Numbered from the stretch's first letter, positions 42,041 to 51,658 are shown. The stretch is DNA of 64,000 nucleotides from an uncultured Christensenella sp. (GCA_948468595.1 CAOKIU010000004.1:1988-65987), one strand, 5' to 3'. Notes: generated from the letters alone by a model not told the origin. A program made the numbers and translations.

Positions 42041-42370
42041 TCAGCGCCGGCGAGGGTCCTCTTGCTCGCCGGGCCCCTTTTGATTCTCGTCCTCACGGCC
42101 GTAAAGGGCGAACGCGCCGGGATTGGCCCCGGAGGAGACGCCGCCGCCCGGACGGCCCATGTTGATAAAGCCGCCCAGCAAGCCGGGGCCCTTGCGCTCG
42201 GGCTTGGGCTTGCCCCGGTTGCGGATGGCTGAGACGAGATAGACGAGCAAGGAGCCCACCAGCAGCGCGGCCATGACGAGGAGGAAGGTGAGCAAGCGCC
42301 AATCCGGCGTACTGCGCGCCCAAGCGGTATATGAACCAAAGACGGAAGCATACGCAAGAGAAGTACACAT
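42041..42370 (-). CDS. Small membrane protein (109 aa) with Gly/Pro-rich basic tail
   Basis: Three overlapping minus-strand frames exist. This one has AAAGGAG 8 nt before its ATG, a clear TM (WRLLTFLLVMAALLVGSLLVYLV) and a dedicated terminator. Confidence 0.45.
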   Translation of the reverse strand: MCTSLAYASVFGSYTAWARSTPDWRLLTFLLVMAALLVGSLLVYLVSAIRNRGKPKPERKGPGLLGGFINMGRPGGGVSSGANPGAFALYGREDENQKGPGEQEDPRRR

Positions 42371-42539
42371 GCGATCATACTCCTTTCTGCGTCCAGCGCC
42401 GGCGCGCGGCCTCTCCTTTAAAGGGGCGGCGCGCCCATTGTAGCGATGGCAGCGGGCGGGACAGGGCTACAGACGGATCGCCGCACGTGCGCCTTTAGCC
42501 TTGGCGCGCCTCTTTAGGCGGCCGGAAGGGCGAGGCGGA

Positions 42540-42944
42540 TCAATCCTTGAGGTAGTCGAACAGTTCGATGGATTCGCCGGACGGGCCGTCAAAGAAGATG
42601 TTCTTGATGCCTCCCAGAATCTCGGCGTTGTAGGAAACCTGCGCCTGCGGGGGAATGATGCCCCTATCCTTGTATTGCGCAACCAAATCGTCGATGTGCG
42701 TGCACTCGATGCACACATGCCCAATCCACCCGTCGGCATTGCGCTTGTTCAGGGCGGATTTGTCCTCCGGGCAGATCAGCTCCAGCAGGCATGTGCCCAG
42801 CGAGAGGAAGGCCAGCTCCGGCCCCGGCTTGCACTGCGCGTCCTTGTGAAAGCCCAGGGATTCGTAAAAGGCAATGGATTTTTCCAAGTCCCCGGTGAAG
42901 ATGCCGATGTGCGCAAGACCGGTCAGCTTTGCATTCGTATTCAT
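42540..42944 (-). CDS. VOC-family (glyoxalase/bleomycin-resistance/dioxygenase fold) protein
   Basis: LAHIGIFTGDLEKSIAFYESLGF..., GWIGHVCIECTHIDDL..., FFDGPSGESIELFDY: a paired beta-alpha-beta-beta-beta module pattern. Confidence 0.85.
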   Translation of the reverse strand: MNTNAKLTGLAHIGIFTGDLEKSIAFYESLGFHKDAQCKPGPELAFLSLGTCLLELICPEDKSALNKRNADGWIGHVCIECTHIDDLVAQYKDRGIIPPQAQVSYNAEILGGIKNIFFDGPSGESIELFDYLKD

Positions 42945-43018
42945 GGCGTGTGTCCCCCTTGTGTTCTTGATTTAGTCATATTATAACATAACTGGAACGC
43001 AATTTGCACGCGCATCTG

Positions 43019-43047
43019 TTGCAACGCCGCGCTTCTTGGGTTAAAAT
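43019..43047 (+). promoter_or_regulatory. Sigma-A-type promoter upstream of the S-component/coaX genes
   Basis: TTGCAA (43019-24), 17 nt of spacer, TAAAAT (43042-47). Leaves a ~120-nt leader. Confidence 0.6.
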
Positions 43048-43171
43048 ATACACAATGCTCCACGGCAACCGTGCGCGGTGTCGATGCGGGCGAGGGAAAA
43101 GCGCGCCGCACGCTTTGCGGCAAAAAAATCGTCAGGTATCCTGACAGGAACTTGAACGGAGGTACAATTGT

Positions 43172-43789
43172 ATGACATCGCTTCAAAAGTCCCATGGTAA
43201 GACGCGCAAACTCGCCGTGGCGGGAATGCTTTCCGCCATCTCCATCATCCTTGGCCTGACCCCCTTGGGCATCATCCCCGTCGGCCCCCTCAACGCCACC
43301 ATCATGCACCTGCCCGTCATCATCGGCGCGGTGCTCGAAGGCCCGGTGGTGGGGCTGATCATCGGCGCCATTTTCGGCGTGTTCAGCTTATACCGCGCCT
43401 CGGTGGGCGGATCGGTGCTGGCGCCGCTGTTCTTGAACCCGGTGGTCTCCGTTTTGCCAAGGTTGTTGATCGGCCCCTGCGCGTACTATGTCTTTAAGGG
43501 CTTTTCCAAGCTGACGAATAAGCGCGCGCTCCAGGTGGGTGCGGCGGCCGTGGCCGGCACGCTGACCAATACCATTGGGGTGATGGGCTTTATTTATATC
43601 CTCTATGCGCAAAGGTACGCCGCGCTCATGGAGCTGGACGTGGATACGGTGGGCTGGACCATCCTCTCCGCCTCCGCGCTCAACGGAATTCCCGAGTGCA
43701 TCATCGCGGTGATCGTGACGGTGGCGGTGGTTCTGGCGGTGTGGAACCTGGGCGGAAGGGCTAAAAAGCGGGCTGCGAGAAAGGATTGA
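43172..43789 (+). CDS. ECF transporter substrate-specific (S) component, likely pantothenate-specific (PanT-like)
   Basis: Six-TM small integral membrane protein (LAVAGMLSAISIILGLTPLGIIPVGPLNATIMHLPVIIGAVLEGP...). Immediately upstream of coaX, with the ECF energising module 2 kb downstream. Confidence 0.7.
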   Translation: MTSLQKSHGKTRKLAVAGMLSAISIILGLTPLGIIPVGPLNATIMHLPVIIGAVLEGPVVGLIIGAIFGVFSLYRASVGGSVLAPLFLNPVVSVLPRLLIGPCAYYVFKGFSKLTNKRALQVGAAAVAGTLTNTIGVMGFIYILYAQRYAALMELDVDTVGWTILSASALNGIPECIIAVIVTVAVVLAVWNLGGRAKKRAARKD

Positions 43790-43798
43790 GCCTAAAAC

Positions 43799-44572
43799 AT
43801 GATACTGACGCTCGATATTGGGAATACGAACATCAAGTGCGCCTTGTATGAGGACGATACGCTCAAAAAGGCGTGGCGCATGGCCACCGACCGCCACAAG
43901 ACCCACGACGAGTACGGCGTGCTGCTGACCATGTTCCTCAAAAACGCGGGATACGACAAGGCGGACGTGGAGGGCATTGTCATGTCCTCGGTCGTGCCCA
44001 CCATCAACTACACCATCGAGCACATGATCGACGACTATTTTGGCATCGAGCCCATTCAGGTGGTTCCCGGCATCAAAACGGGAATCAACATCAGGTATGA
44101 CAACCCCCAGGGCTTGGGCGCCGACCGCATCTGCAATGCCGTGGCCGCGCAAAAGTACTACGGCGGCCCCTGCATTTTCATTGACTTTGGCACCGCCACC
44201 ACCTTTGGCGTCATCTCCAAGAAGGGCGAGTTCCTGGGCGGCGCCATCTGCCCGGGGCTCAAGCTCTCCTCTGAGGCGCTGACCGAGCGCGCGGCGCAGC
44301 TGCCCAAGGTGGAGCTGATCAAGCCCGAAACCGTCATTACCCGCAACACGGTTTCCAACATGCAGGCGGGCATCGTTTACGGGTACGTCGGCCAGGTGGA
44401 TTACATCGTGCGCAAAATGAAGGCGGAGATCGGCGGCTCGGAGCACATCCGCGTCATTGCCACCGGCGGCCTTTCGCGCATGATCGCCTCGGAAACCTCC
44501 ACCATCGACATCATCGACGGGCTGCTCACCCTCAAGGGCCTGCGCCTGCTCTACGAGAGAAACGCAAAATAA
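43799..44572 (+). CDS. coaX: Type III pantothenate kinase
   Basis: MILTLDIGNTNIK, GADRICNAVAA, IDFGTATTF, TGG: ASKHA-fold CoaX motifs. Confidence 0.9.
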   Translation: MILTLDIGNTNIKCALYEDDTLKKAWRMATDRHKTHDEYGVLLTMFLKNAGYDKADVEGIVMSSVVPTINYTIEHMIDDYFGIEPIQVVPGIKTGINIRYDNPQGLGADRICNAVAAQKYYGGPCIFIDFGTATTFGVISKKGEFLGGAICPGLKLSSEALTERAAQLPKVELIKPETVITRNTVSNMQAGIVYGYVGQVDYIVRKMKAEIGGSEHIRVIATGGLSRMIASETSTIDIIDGLLTLKGLRLLYERNAK

Positions 44573-44587
44573 AGGAGGAGACGAATC

Positions 44588-44935
44588 ATGTACGTTCCGT
44601 CCGGCATGCATCAAGATCAGGAGCGCCCCAATATGCGCGGGGGCGAGGGCGTGGTTGTGATCAGCCCCATCGCCGCCGAAGGCGAGCTGCCTGAAAAATG
44701 CCGCCTCTTTGGCAAAATCACCCTCCCTGCCGGCGCGTCCATCGGCGCGCACGCGCATCAAGGGGAGTGCGAGATGTTCTATATCCTGGAGGGCAACCCC
44801 ATCATCACCGACGACGGGAAGGAAATCACGGCGCACCCCGGCGACTGCATCTTGACGCACTCCGGCCACAGCCATGCGGTGCGCAATCCCGGCAGCGCGC
44901 CCGCCATCCTGATTGCCAACATCGTCAAGGACTGA
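44588..44935 (+). CDS. Cupin-domain protein
   Basis: AAGGAGGAG RBS. GAHAHQGECEMFYILEG...HSGHSHAV metal-binding cupin motifs. Confidence 0.8.
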   Translation: MYVPSGMHQDQERPNMRGGEGVVVISPIAAEGELPEKCRLFGKITLPAGASIGAHAHQGECEMFYILEGNPIITDDGKEITAHPGDCILTHSGHSHAVRNPGSAPAILIANIVKD

Positions 44936-44948
44936 AAGGCGGCGCATC

Positions 44949-45851
44949 ATGGCAAGAAGTTTTGACGATATCTATCAAATCGCGCCCGACGCGGCGGTGC
45001 GCAGGCTGACCGCGTTCCGCGAGACGCACCCCTCCCGCACCATGGAGAAGGAGGGCATGATCTATCGTGTTTGGGACCTGGGAGAAGGGGAGCGCGCGAT
45101 GGTGTTCCTGCCCAGCGGCATGGGCCACGGCGAGATCTGGTTTCCCTATCTGACCGATCTGTGCGTGGACGCGCGCTGCATTGCCTTTTCGCTGCCCGAG
45201 TGCAAGCACATGGGGGACTTTGCGCGCCAGATCCACAAGATGCTGCGCGAGGACCTGGGCGTCAAGGAGGTCATTTTGGTGGGTTCCGCCATCGGCGGCC
45301 TGATCACGCAGACCTACCTGCGCCTCTATCCGGACGAGGTCATCGGCCAGATCCTGGTCACCACCGGCGCGCCCTGCAAGGAGCTGCCCGAGGAGGACTG
45401 CGTGCGCTGGACCAGCCGCAAGGGCATGGCGCTGCGATACCAGTTTACGCCCTTTGAGCCGATGCGCCGGCAGATGGGCTATCAGACCTTTGACACCATG
45501 TGCCCGGAGGAAATGCAGGACGGCATGACCTTCTGGCGCGCCTTCATCGCCGAGACCTACGAGCATTATGTCTATAAGAAGCAGTACGTCAACCTAAACT
45601 GCCTCGCCCTTTCGGAGATCTACCGCACAAAGCCCTTCTATAAGGGGGATATGCAGGGCTGGATGGGCAAGACGCTCATCCTGGAATCGCCCGGCGACCA
45701 GTATTACAAGGAGCGCGAGCGCGGCCTGCTGCGGGATCTGTATCCCGGCGCGCAGGTTGTTTCCATCGGCCCCATCGGGCAGTTTGCCCTCATGGCCAAC
45801 GAGACGGAGATGATCGGGCACATGCGCGCGTTCGTCCGCGGCCTAAAGTAG
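44949..45851 (+). CDS. Alpha/beta-hydrolase-fold protein
   Basis: ORF trimmed by 12 codons to the ATG at 44949. MVFLPSGMGHGEIWF (oxyanion region) and nucleophile-elbow-like ILVGSAIGG. Confidence 0.7.
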   Translation: MARSFDDIYQIAPDAAVRRLTAFRETHPSRTMEKEGMIYRVWDLGEGERAMVFLPSGMGHGEIWFPYLTDLCVDARCIAFSLPECKHMGDFARQIHKMLREDLGVKEVILVGSAIGGLITQTYLRLYPDEVIGQILVTTGAPCKELPEEDCVRWTSRKGMALRYQFTPFEPMRRQMGYQTFDTMCPEEMQDGMTFWRAFIAETYEHYVYKKQYVNLNCLALSEIYRTKPFYKGDMQGWMGKTLILESPGDQYYKERERGLLRDLYPGAQVVSIGPIGQFALMANETEMIGHMRAFVRGLK

Positions 45852-45919
45852 GCCGCCTCCGCCCGTTTTCCGCTTGAGGGAGGGCGCGAGGCTGAAATTG
45901 AGAGCGAGGAAAAGTGACT

Positions 45920-46765
45920 ATGGAGATCATTCGCGCGAGCGATGTTTGGTATGAATACGTAAACCCCGACGAGACCGGGGAAATGGCTGTGCGCGGCGTG
46001 TCGCTCTCGGTCAGGCGCGGGGAGTGGCTGTCCATCATCGGCCACAACGGCTCGGGCAAGTCCACCCTGGTCAAGCTCCTCAACGGTTTGTACGTGCCCA
46101 AGCGCGGCAGCGTGACGGTGGATGGGATCGACACGCAGGACGAGGAGCGCATCTGGGAGGTCCGCCAAAAGGTCGGCATGATCTTTCAAAACCCCGATAA
46201 CCAGATCGTGGCCACGGTCGTGGAGGAGGACGTTGCCTTTGGGTTGGAGAACCTGGGCGTGGAACCCGCGCAGATCCAGCCTCGCGTCCAAAAGGCGCTG
46301 GAGGCGGTGGATATGACGCGGTTTGCCACCGTGGCGCCGCACATGCTCTCCGGCGGGCAGAAGCAGCGCGTCGCCATTGCGGGCGTGCTGGCGATGAGAC
46401 CTGACGTGATGCTGATGGATGAGCCCACCGCCATGCTGGACCCCAGCGGCCGGCGCGAGGTGATGGATACGGTGGAGCGCCTGCACAAGGAGGAGGGCAT
46501 GACCGTGGTGCTCATCACGCACTTTATGGAAGAGGCCCTGCGCGGCGATCGCGTGATTGTGATGGAGAAGGGCAAGGCCGTGATGGAGGGCAAGCCCCGA
46601 GAGGTCTTTACCCAGGTAGAGGAGCTCAAGAACATCGGCCTGGACGTGCCGCCGATGACCGAGCTTGCGCACAGGCTGCGCGCGGACGGCTTCCCCATTG
46701 CGGGCGAGCCGATGACGGTTAAGGAGATGGTGGAGGAACTATGCCGGTTGAAGCAAGGGATTTGA
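45920..46765 (+). CDS. ecfA1: ECF transporter ATPase EcfA1
   Basis: Walker A GHNGSGKST, Q-loop MIFQNPDNQ, signature LSGGQKQRVAIAG, Walker B MLMDEPTAMLD. Start at ATG 45920 or GTG 45914. Confidence 0.9.
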   Translation: MEIIRASDVWYEYVNPDETGEMAVRGVSLSVRRGEWLSIIGHNGSGKSTLVKLLNGLYVPKRGSVTVDGIDTQDEERIWEVRQKVGMIFQNPDNQIVATVVEEDVAFGLENLGVEPAQIQPRVQKALEAVDMTRFATVAPHMLSGGQKQRVAIAGVLAMRPDVMLMDEPTAMLDPSGRREVMDTVERLHKEEGMTVVLITHFMEEALRGDRVIVMEKGKAVMEGKPREVFTQVEELKNIGLDVPPMTELAHRLRADGFPIAGEPMTVKEMVEELCRLKQGI

Positions 46766-47631
46766 CCCACACCTACAATGTGGACAGCCCGTTTGAATCC
46801 ACGGCTCTGGACAAGGTGAGCTTTTCCATTGCGGACGGGGAGTTCGTGGGCATCATCGGGCACACGGGCAGCGGCAAGTCCACCCTCATTCAGCACTTAA
46901 ACGGCCTGCTCAAGCCCACGGGCGGCACGGTGATTGTGGACGGACTCGACCTTATGGCCAAGGAGACGGACAAAAAAGAAGTGCGCCGCCGCATCGGCCT
47001 GGTCTTTCAGTACCCTGAATACCAGCTCTTTGAGGAGACTGTGTTTCAGGACATCGCCTTTGGCCCCAAGAACCTGGGCCTTGACAAGGAGGAGATCGAG
47101 CGCCGCGTGCGGGACGCCTGCAAGCTGGTGGACCTGGACTGCGACCAGGTGGGGGAGAAGTCGCCCTTTGAGCTGTCCGGCGGGCAGAAGCGCCGCGTGG
47201 CCATTGCCGGCGTGCTGGCCATGGAACCGGGCATCCTCATCCTGGACGAGCCCACCGCGGGCCTTGACCCCTATGGCCGCGACTCCATTTTAAACCTGGT
47301 TCGCCTCTGGCATGAGCGGGGCAAGACCATATTGATGGTCTCCCACTCCATGGACGATGTGGCCCGCCTGGCGGACCGCATCCTGGTGATGAACCACGGC
47401 CGGTTGGAGATGCAGGGCACGCCGGACGAGATCTTCTCTCAGGAGGCGCGCCTTCGCAGCATCGGCCTGGACGTGCCCGCCGTGACCACCCTGGCCGGCG
47501 AGCTGAATCGGCTGGGATTTGACCTTCCCCCGCACATCCACACCATGGAGGATATGGAGCGCGCGCTTGCATCCGCGCTAGGCGGCCGGCCGGCGGCGAA
47601 AAAAACAGAGGAGGCGACCGCCCATGCTTAA
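46741..47631 (+). CDS. ecfA2: ECF transporter ATPase EcfA2
   Basis: Walker A GHTGSGKST, signature LSGGQKRRVAIAG, Walker B LILDEPTAGLD. Overlaps the ecfA1 3' end. Confidence 0.9.
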   Translation: MPVEARDLTHTYNVDSPFESTALDKVSFSIADGEFVGIIGHTGSGKSTLIQHLNGLLKPTGGTVIVDGLDLMAKETDKKEVRRRIGLVFQYPEYQLFEETVFQDIAFGPKNLGLDKEEIERRVRDACKLVDLDCDQVGEKSPFELSGGQKRRVAIAGVLAMEPGILILDEPTAGLDPYGRDSILNLVRLWHERGKTILMVSHSMDDVARLADRILVMNHGRLEMQGTPDEIFSQEARLRSIGLDVPAVTTLAGELNRLGFDLPPHIHTMEDMERALASALGGRPAAKKTEEATAHA

Positions 47632-48424
47632 GGACATCACGCTGGGGCAGTTTTTTCCCGGAGATTCGGTCGTTCACCGCCTGGACCCGCGCGTGAAGAT
47701 GTTGATGATGGTGGCCTATATCGTCGTGGTCTTTTTGGTCAAGGGGTTTCTGGGCTACTTGGTGCTCTTTGCCTTTCTGGCGGGGGCGACTCTGCTTTCC
47801 CACATCAAGCCCAAGTTCCTCCTGCGGTCCATCAAGCCCATTCTCTTTATCGTCGTCATGACCTTTGTGCTCAACGTCCTCTTTACTAGGGGAGAGAAAC
47901 TCCTGGTGGAATGGGGCATCCTGCACATTTACTGGGAGGGCGTGCGCTTTGCGGTGTTTATGAGCCTGCGCCTGGTGTTCCTGCTGCTGGGCACTTCCCT
48001 TCTGACGCTGACCACCTCGCCCATGGCGCTGACCGACGCGCTGGAGCGCTTGCTCAAGCCGCTGAAGGCGATCCGCTTTCCCGTACATGAAATGGCCATG
48101 ATGATGACCATCGCCCTGCGGTTTATCCCCACGCTCCTGGAGGAGACCGATAAGATCATGAAAGCGCAGACGGCAAGGGGCGCGGATTTTGATTCGGGCA
48201 ATCTCTTTGCGCGCGCCAAGGCCATGGTGCCGCTGCTGGTCCCGCTCTTTGTGGGCGCGTTCCGCCGGGCGGACGAATTGGCCATGGCCATGGAGGCCCG
48301 CTGTTACCACGGCGGCGGCAACCGCACGCGCATGAAGGTGCTCAAGGTACAGCGCATCGATTGGTACGCCTCCGGCGTGATGGCCGGAACGCTCTGCCTT
48401 GTGCTGTTGGAGAGACTGCTGTGA
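47624..48424 (+). CDS. ecfT: ECF transporter transmembrane (T) component
   Basis: Polytopic membrane protein with conserved Ala-Arg-Gly coupling-helix motifs (KAQTARGADF, AMEARCY). Overlaps ecfA2. Confidence 0.9.
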   Translation: MLKDITLGQFFPGDSVVHRLDPRVKMLMMVAYIVVVFLVKGFLGYLVLFAFLAGATLLSHIKPKFLLRSIKPILFIVVMTFVLNVLFTRGEKLLVEWGILHIYWEGVRFAVFMSLRLVFLLLGTSLLTLTTSPMALTDALERLLKPLKAIRFPVHEMAMMMTIALRFIPTLLEETDKIMKAQTARGADFDSGNLFARAKAMVPLLVPLFVGAFRRADELAMAMEARCYHGGGNRTRMKVLKVQRIDWYASGVMAGTLCLVLLERLL

Positions 48425-49224
48425 CGCGCCGCATCGCCCTTTTGGTCTCCTACGATGGCACGAGCTACGCCGGATGGCAGACCCAGCGCAATGCCGTGGC
48501 CGTGCAGCAGGTGATCGAGGAAGGGCTCGCGCGCCTGCTCGGGCGCCGTGTGCCCCTGACCGGGGCCTCCCGCACCGACGCCGGCGTTCACGCCATGGGC
48601 CAGGTCGCCCACTTCGATACCGAGGCGCGCATCCCCGCCCATAAGGTGAGCTTTGCCTTGAACACCATGCTTCCGGACGACATCCGCGTGGTGGAATCCT
48701 TTGAGGCGCCCCCGGACTTCCACGCCCGCTTTTCCGCCGCCGGCAAGGTCTACGCCTATACCGTGGTAAACGCGCCGCATGCCTCGGCGATGCTGGGCCG
48801 GTATTCGGCGCACTGCCCCGCCGCGCTGGACGTGGAGCGGATGCACCGCGCCGCGCAATCCATCGTGGGCGCGCACGATTTTTCCGCCTTCATGGCCTCG
48901 GGCGGCACGTCCAAGACCTTTGTGCGGGAGATGAAGGCGGCTCAGGTCTGCAAGGCGGGCGATCAGGTGTCCTTCATGGTCTGGGGCACGGGCTTTTTGT
49001 ACAATATGGTGCGCATCCTTGCGGGCACGCTGATGCTCATTGGCCAAGGCAAGCTCGAACAGGACGCGCTTGCGCGCGCCATCGCCTCGGGCGACCGGCT
49101 GGACTTGGGCTTTACCGCCCCCGCCCGCGGGCTCACGCTGATGCGCGTGCTCTACCCGGGCCAGGAGGAGCTTGCCCGCGCGATTTTGCGTCAAAAACTG
49201 TTATTTAACCATGAAAACGCTTGA
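48421..49224 (+). CDS. truA: tRNA pseudouridine(38-40) synthase TruA
   Basis: ORF trimmed by 20 codons to the GTG at 48421, which overlaps the ecfT stop (GTGA). IALLVSYDGTSYAGWQ, catalytic Asp in GASRTDAGVHA. Confidence 0.9.
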   Translation: MTRRIALLVSYDGTSYAGWQTQRNAVAVQQVIEEGLARLLGRRVPLTGASRTDAGVHAMGQVAHFDTEARIPAHKVSFALNTMLPDDIRVVESFEAPPDFHARFSAAGKVYAYTVVNAPHASAMLGRYSAHCPAALDVERMHRAAQSIVGAHDFSAFMASGGTSKTFVREMKAAQVCKAGDQVSFMVWGTGFLYNMVRILAGTLMLIGQGKLEQDALARAIASGDRLDLGFTAPARGLTLMRVLYPGQEELARAILRQKLLFNHENA

Positions 49225-49249
49225 CGCAGAGGCTAAAATTGGGTACAAT
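49221..49249 (+). promoter_or_regulatory. Sigma-A-type promoter of rplM-rpsI
   Basis: TTGACG (49221-26), 17 nt of spacer, TACAAT (49244-49). Overlaps the truA stop. Confidence 0.65.
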
Positions 49250-49255
49250 ATATGT

Positions 49256-49345
49256 TGCGTTGAACTGTGACCATTAGCCCCGGTTACCAGAACGACATGC
49301 CTGCGGCGCCTGACCACCGCGCGTGGGCGAGAGAATAACTTCAAT
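49256..49345 (+). promoter_or_regulatory. ~100-nt rplM leader, possibly the r-protein L13 autoregulatory leader
   Basis: Position only: an untranslated stretch between the promoter and the rplM RBS. I could not verify the L13-leader consensus by eye. Confidence 0.3.
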
Positions 49346-49360
49346 TTGGAGGGAACCCCT

Positions 49361-49795
49361 GTGAAATCGTATATGGCTAAGGCTGAAACCGTACAGAGAA
49401 AATGGTACGTTGTGGACGCTGAGGGCATGGTGCTCGGACGCCTTGCGTCTCAGGTAGCGGCCATCCTCCGCGGCAAGAACAAGCCCACCTTTACCCCGCA
49501 TGTCGATACCGGCGACCATGTGATCATTCTCAACGCGGATAAGGTCGTCTTGACCGGCGACAAGCTCAATCAGAAGTTCTACCGCCGCCACTCCGGCTAT
49601 CCGGGGGGACTTAAGGAGACCTCTTACAAAGTCATGATGGAGAAAAAGTCCGATCTGGCCGTGATTGAGGCCGTTCGTGGCATGCTCCCCAAGAACGCTC
49701 TGGGCCGCCAGATGATTAAGAAGCTGCGCGTGTACAAGGGCGCGACCCATGACCATCAGGCGCAGAACCCCGAAGCGCTCGAGCTGATCAAGTAA
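49361..49795 (+). CDS. rplM: 50S ribosomal protein L13
   Basis: GTG at 49361, after [58 protein letters not shown]. Confidence 0.95.
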   Translation: MKSYMAKAETVQRKWYVVDAEGMVLGRLASQVAAILRGKNKPTFTPHVDTGDHVIILNADKVVLTGDKLNQKFYRRHSGYPGGLKETSYKVMMEKKSDLAVIEAVRGMLPKNALGRQMIKKLRVYKGATHDHQAQNPEALELIK

Positions 49796-49815
49796 GAGGG
49801 AAGGAGAGATTTTAA

Positions 49816-50208
49816 ATGGCAGCATTAGCATATCAGGCCGTTGGCCGCCGCAAAAAGTCCATTGCTCGCGTTCGCCTCGTGCCGGGCGAGGGCAAGATCC
49901 TAATCAACCACCGCGATATTGACAACTACTTTGGGCTGGAAACCCTGAAGATGACGGTGCGTCAGCCCTTGGTTCTGACCGATACCGGCGCCCGGTTCGA
50001 CGTTCTTGTCAACGTCTATGGCGGCGGCACCACCGGCCAGGCCGGCGCGATTCGCCATGGCATCGCCCGCGCGCTGTGCAAGGCGGATGCCGAGCTGCGC
50101 GGCAGCTTGAAGAAGGCCGGGTTCCTCACCCGCGATCCTCGCATGAAGGAGCGCAAGAAGTACGGCCTGAAGGCCGCCCGTCGCGCGCCCCAGTTCTCCA
50201 AGCGCTAA
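49816..50208 (+). CDS. rpsI: 30S ribosomal protein S9
   Basis: ...[23 protein letters not shown]...[27 protein letters not shown]. Confidence 0.95.
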   Translation: MAALAYQAVGRRKKSIARVRLVPGEGKILINHRDIDNYFGLETLKMTVRQPLVLTDTGARFDVLVNVYGGGTTGQAGAIRHGIARALCKADAELRGSLKKAGFLTRDPRMKERKKYGLKAARRAPQFSKR

Positions 50209-50224
50209 AAAGCTTTATCAATGC

Positions 50225-50267
50225 AAAAAACCCCGGAATCCTGCGATTCCCGGGGTTTTCTTTTGTT
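50225..50267 (+). terminator. Rho-independent terminator of rplM-rpsI
   Basis: AAAAAACCCCGGAATC-CTGC-GATTCCCGGGGTTTTCTTTTGTT. Confidence 0.85.
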
Positions 50268-50547
50268 GCATAGTTTGAGACGGCGTATAGGGAACAAATA
50301 CCCAAAAGGAGCGTGAAAAGGGTTAGGAGGGCCGCCGAAGGTTTGTCTAAATCGTCGTGCGGCGCACACCTTTGGCCGATTGGGCGAACCTGTAGCGATA
50401 GGATAGGGCTGTTTGGATCACGCGCAATCCACTCATTGGCGATTCATGGTTTTGGACATCCCTTCGCATCCATATTGAGGCATCGCAACCGACAACCGTG
50501 GGACTTCACATCGGTCCGATTGCTTGTGCAACAGAGGAAGTTTTTGC

Positions 50548-50579
50548 AAAAAAGAGCGGTCGGCGCACCGGCCGGCCGC
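50548..50579 (-). terminator. Candidate terminator of the Zn-ADH gene
   Basis: The minus strand reads GCGGCCGGCCGGTGCGCCGACCGC followed by TCTTTTTT, about 50 nt after the stop at 50633. Confidence 0.5.
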
Positions 50580-50632
50580 AGAGAAGAGGAGAAGAAGTCA
50601 TTTCCCCGAAGAGGAACCCCCGTTGTGTTTGC

Positions 50633-51658
50633 CTAGAAGTCGATGACGATTTTGCCCGTCTTTCCCGTATCAAAGAGCCGAATCGCCTCCTGAATCTGGT
50701 CAAAGGGGAAGCGGTGCGTGATCATGGCCTCCAGGTCCACATGCTTTTTCCGAATCAAATCGAGAATGGCGAAGTGATCCTGGCGCGGCATGATGGACGA
50801 GCCAAAGAGCGTGAGTTCTTTGCCGATGGCGGCGTAGAGGCTGGGGGCGGAGTCCGCTTTCTGGGACATGGGGCCGTTGAAGCCCACCATGCAGATCTGG
50901 CCGTGAACGGCCGCGGCCTCCAGAGCCTGCTTCTGGGCGACCAAGGACCCGGAGGATTCGTAGACGCGGTCCGGCCCCCTTCCGTCCGTGAGCTGCTTTA
51001 GCCTTTCGACGACGTCTTCCTTGCGGAAGTTCACGACCGCGTCGCATCCCATCGTCTTGCCCAGCGAAAGTCGTTCTGCGATGCCGTCAATTCCGATTAC
51101 CGTTGCGCCCAGCGCGTGCGCGTAGGCAACGCCGGCCAACCCCACGGGACCCAAGCCAAAGACCGCGACGGTGTTTTCCCCATTGAGCTGTAGCTTTTTG
51201 AGCGCGGAATAGGAGGTGCCGGCAAAGCAGCCGATGAAGGCGCCCACGGCAAAGGAAACCTCCTGGGGAAGGGGCAGACAGTTCGCCTCGCGCACAAGGA
51301 CCTTGTCCGCAAACACGCCGTGCGCTGCGCCGGCCCGCGCGCGCCGGTCCTCCGTGCAGAATTGCATGTATCCGGACATGCAGTTTTGGCACCTGCCGCA
51401 GCCGATGACGTGGTAGAGCGCAACCCGATCGCCAACCCGCACGCCGGTCACGCCGGAGCCGACGGCGGATACGACGCCCGCGCCCTCGTGTCCCATGACG
51501 ACGCTCTCATTGGGATGCGCGGAGTGCAGGTTGTGCAGGTCCGATCCGCACAGGCTCGCGGCCTTTACGTCCACAACGACTTCGCCGGCCGCAGGCGCGG
51601 GATCAGGGATGGTGCGGAATTCCATTTGCATCGTAGCGGGAAAGAACAATCCTTTCAT
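50633..51658 (-). CDS. Zinc-dependent medium-chain alcohol/polyol dehydrogenase
   Basis: ORF trimmed by 6 codons to the ATG at 51658 (GAGGAGG upstream). GHEGAGVV, structural-zinc loop CGRCQNCMSGYMQFC, Rossmann VFGLGPVGL. Confidence 0.85.
   Translation of the reverse strand: MKGLFFPATMQMEFRTIPDPAPAAGEVVVDVKAASLCGSDLHNLHSAHPNESVVMGHEGAGVVSAVGSGVTGVRVGDRVALYHVIGCGRCQNCMSGYMQFCTEDRRARAGAAHGVFADKVLVREANCLPLPQEVSFAVGAFIGCFAGTSYSALKKLQLNGENTVAVFGLGPVGLAGVAYAHALGATVIGIDGIAERLSLGKTMGCDAVVNFRKEDVVERLKQLTDGRGPDRVYESSGSLVAQKQALEAAAVHGQICMVGFNGPMSQKADSAPSLYAAIGKELTLFGSSIMPRQDHFAILDLIRKKHVDLEAMITHRFPFDQIQEAIRLFDTGKTGKIVIDF

Noticed and set aside
43388-49194. 520-, 322-, 357- and 296-aa minus-strand ORFs across coaX and the ECF/truA block
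   Set aside because: Antisense to highly conserved housekeeping frames, with artefact-type composition.
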